DNA of 63,377 nt, filler included, from Phoronis australis (lineage: Eukaryota > Animalia > Phoronida), in assembly GCA_002633005.1 (NCBI GenBank). It is 7 parts of 7 records of this genome, joined end to end, with 100 filler letters (N's around TTAATTAATTAA, not from the genome) between each part and the next. Parts side by side here need not be neighbours in the genome. Positions count along the whole stretch, not along the records: positions 59,998 to 63,377 come from NMRA01003055.1; 6 more parts are not named here. One strand, 5' to 3'. The notes under the pieces were generated by a model that saw nothing but the letters and a program-made list of their open reading frames with translations, had not been told where the DNA came from and did no database searches. The translations under genes and the position numbers were made by a program. Positions 63,186 to 63,377 of this stretch are shown one piece after another (within the stretch, counting starts at the first letter, position 1; each line of letters opens with the position of its first letter).

Positions 63186-63377
63186 GTCTAAATCACGTTT
63201 TTGCATTGGGTCTAAATCGCCTTTTGCATTGGGTCTAAATCACCTTTTGCATTGGGTCTAAATCACCTTTTTCATTGGGTCTAAATCATCTTTTGCATTG
63301 GGTATAAATCACCTTTTGCATTGGGTCTAAATCACCTTTTTCATTGGGTCTAAATCACCTTTTGCATTGGGTATAAA
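63186..63377. repeat. 23-bp minisatellite (about 8 copies, runs off window)
   Basis: GGTCTAAATCACCTTTTGCATTG consensus. Confidence 0.96.

Overview
Eukaryotic genomic DNA (AT-rich, intron-rich; most likely an invertebrate animal, species not determinable). The window is not one locus. It is seven contigs (1-3922, 4023-20620, 20721-44126, 44227-51619, 51720-56289, 56390-59897, 59998-63377) joined by six artificial 100-bp linkers (44 N + TTAATTAATTAA + 44 N), so nothing can be inferred across linkers. By hand-splicing GT-AG exons I recover three recognisable genes: a complete 5-exon EMC8/9 gene (minus strand, 199 aa), a 5'-truncated 5-exon IP6K gene (plus), and five exons of a KIF28/KLP-6-like kinesin-3 (plus). 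There is also an orphan exon encoding a signal peptide followed by a KR site. It could splice either to a short RKR-flanked C-terminal peptide or to an Asp-rich/His-rich frame. The rest is mostly transposon material: hAT, Academ-like and Sola3-like relics, LINE fragments, MITEs with readable TIRs/TSDs (Kolobok-, Merlin-, Ginger- and Crypton-like), tRNA-derived SINE heads and tandem repeats. The standout is a 547-bp miniature LTR retrotransposon (62328-62874) whose LTRs each contain a tRNA-like Pol III promoter, with a tRNA-Ser-type PBS and a PPT, inserted inside a tRNA-derived SINE head. Most short ORFs in the supplied track are spurious. All family assignments come from motif recognition and recall; no database search was run.
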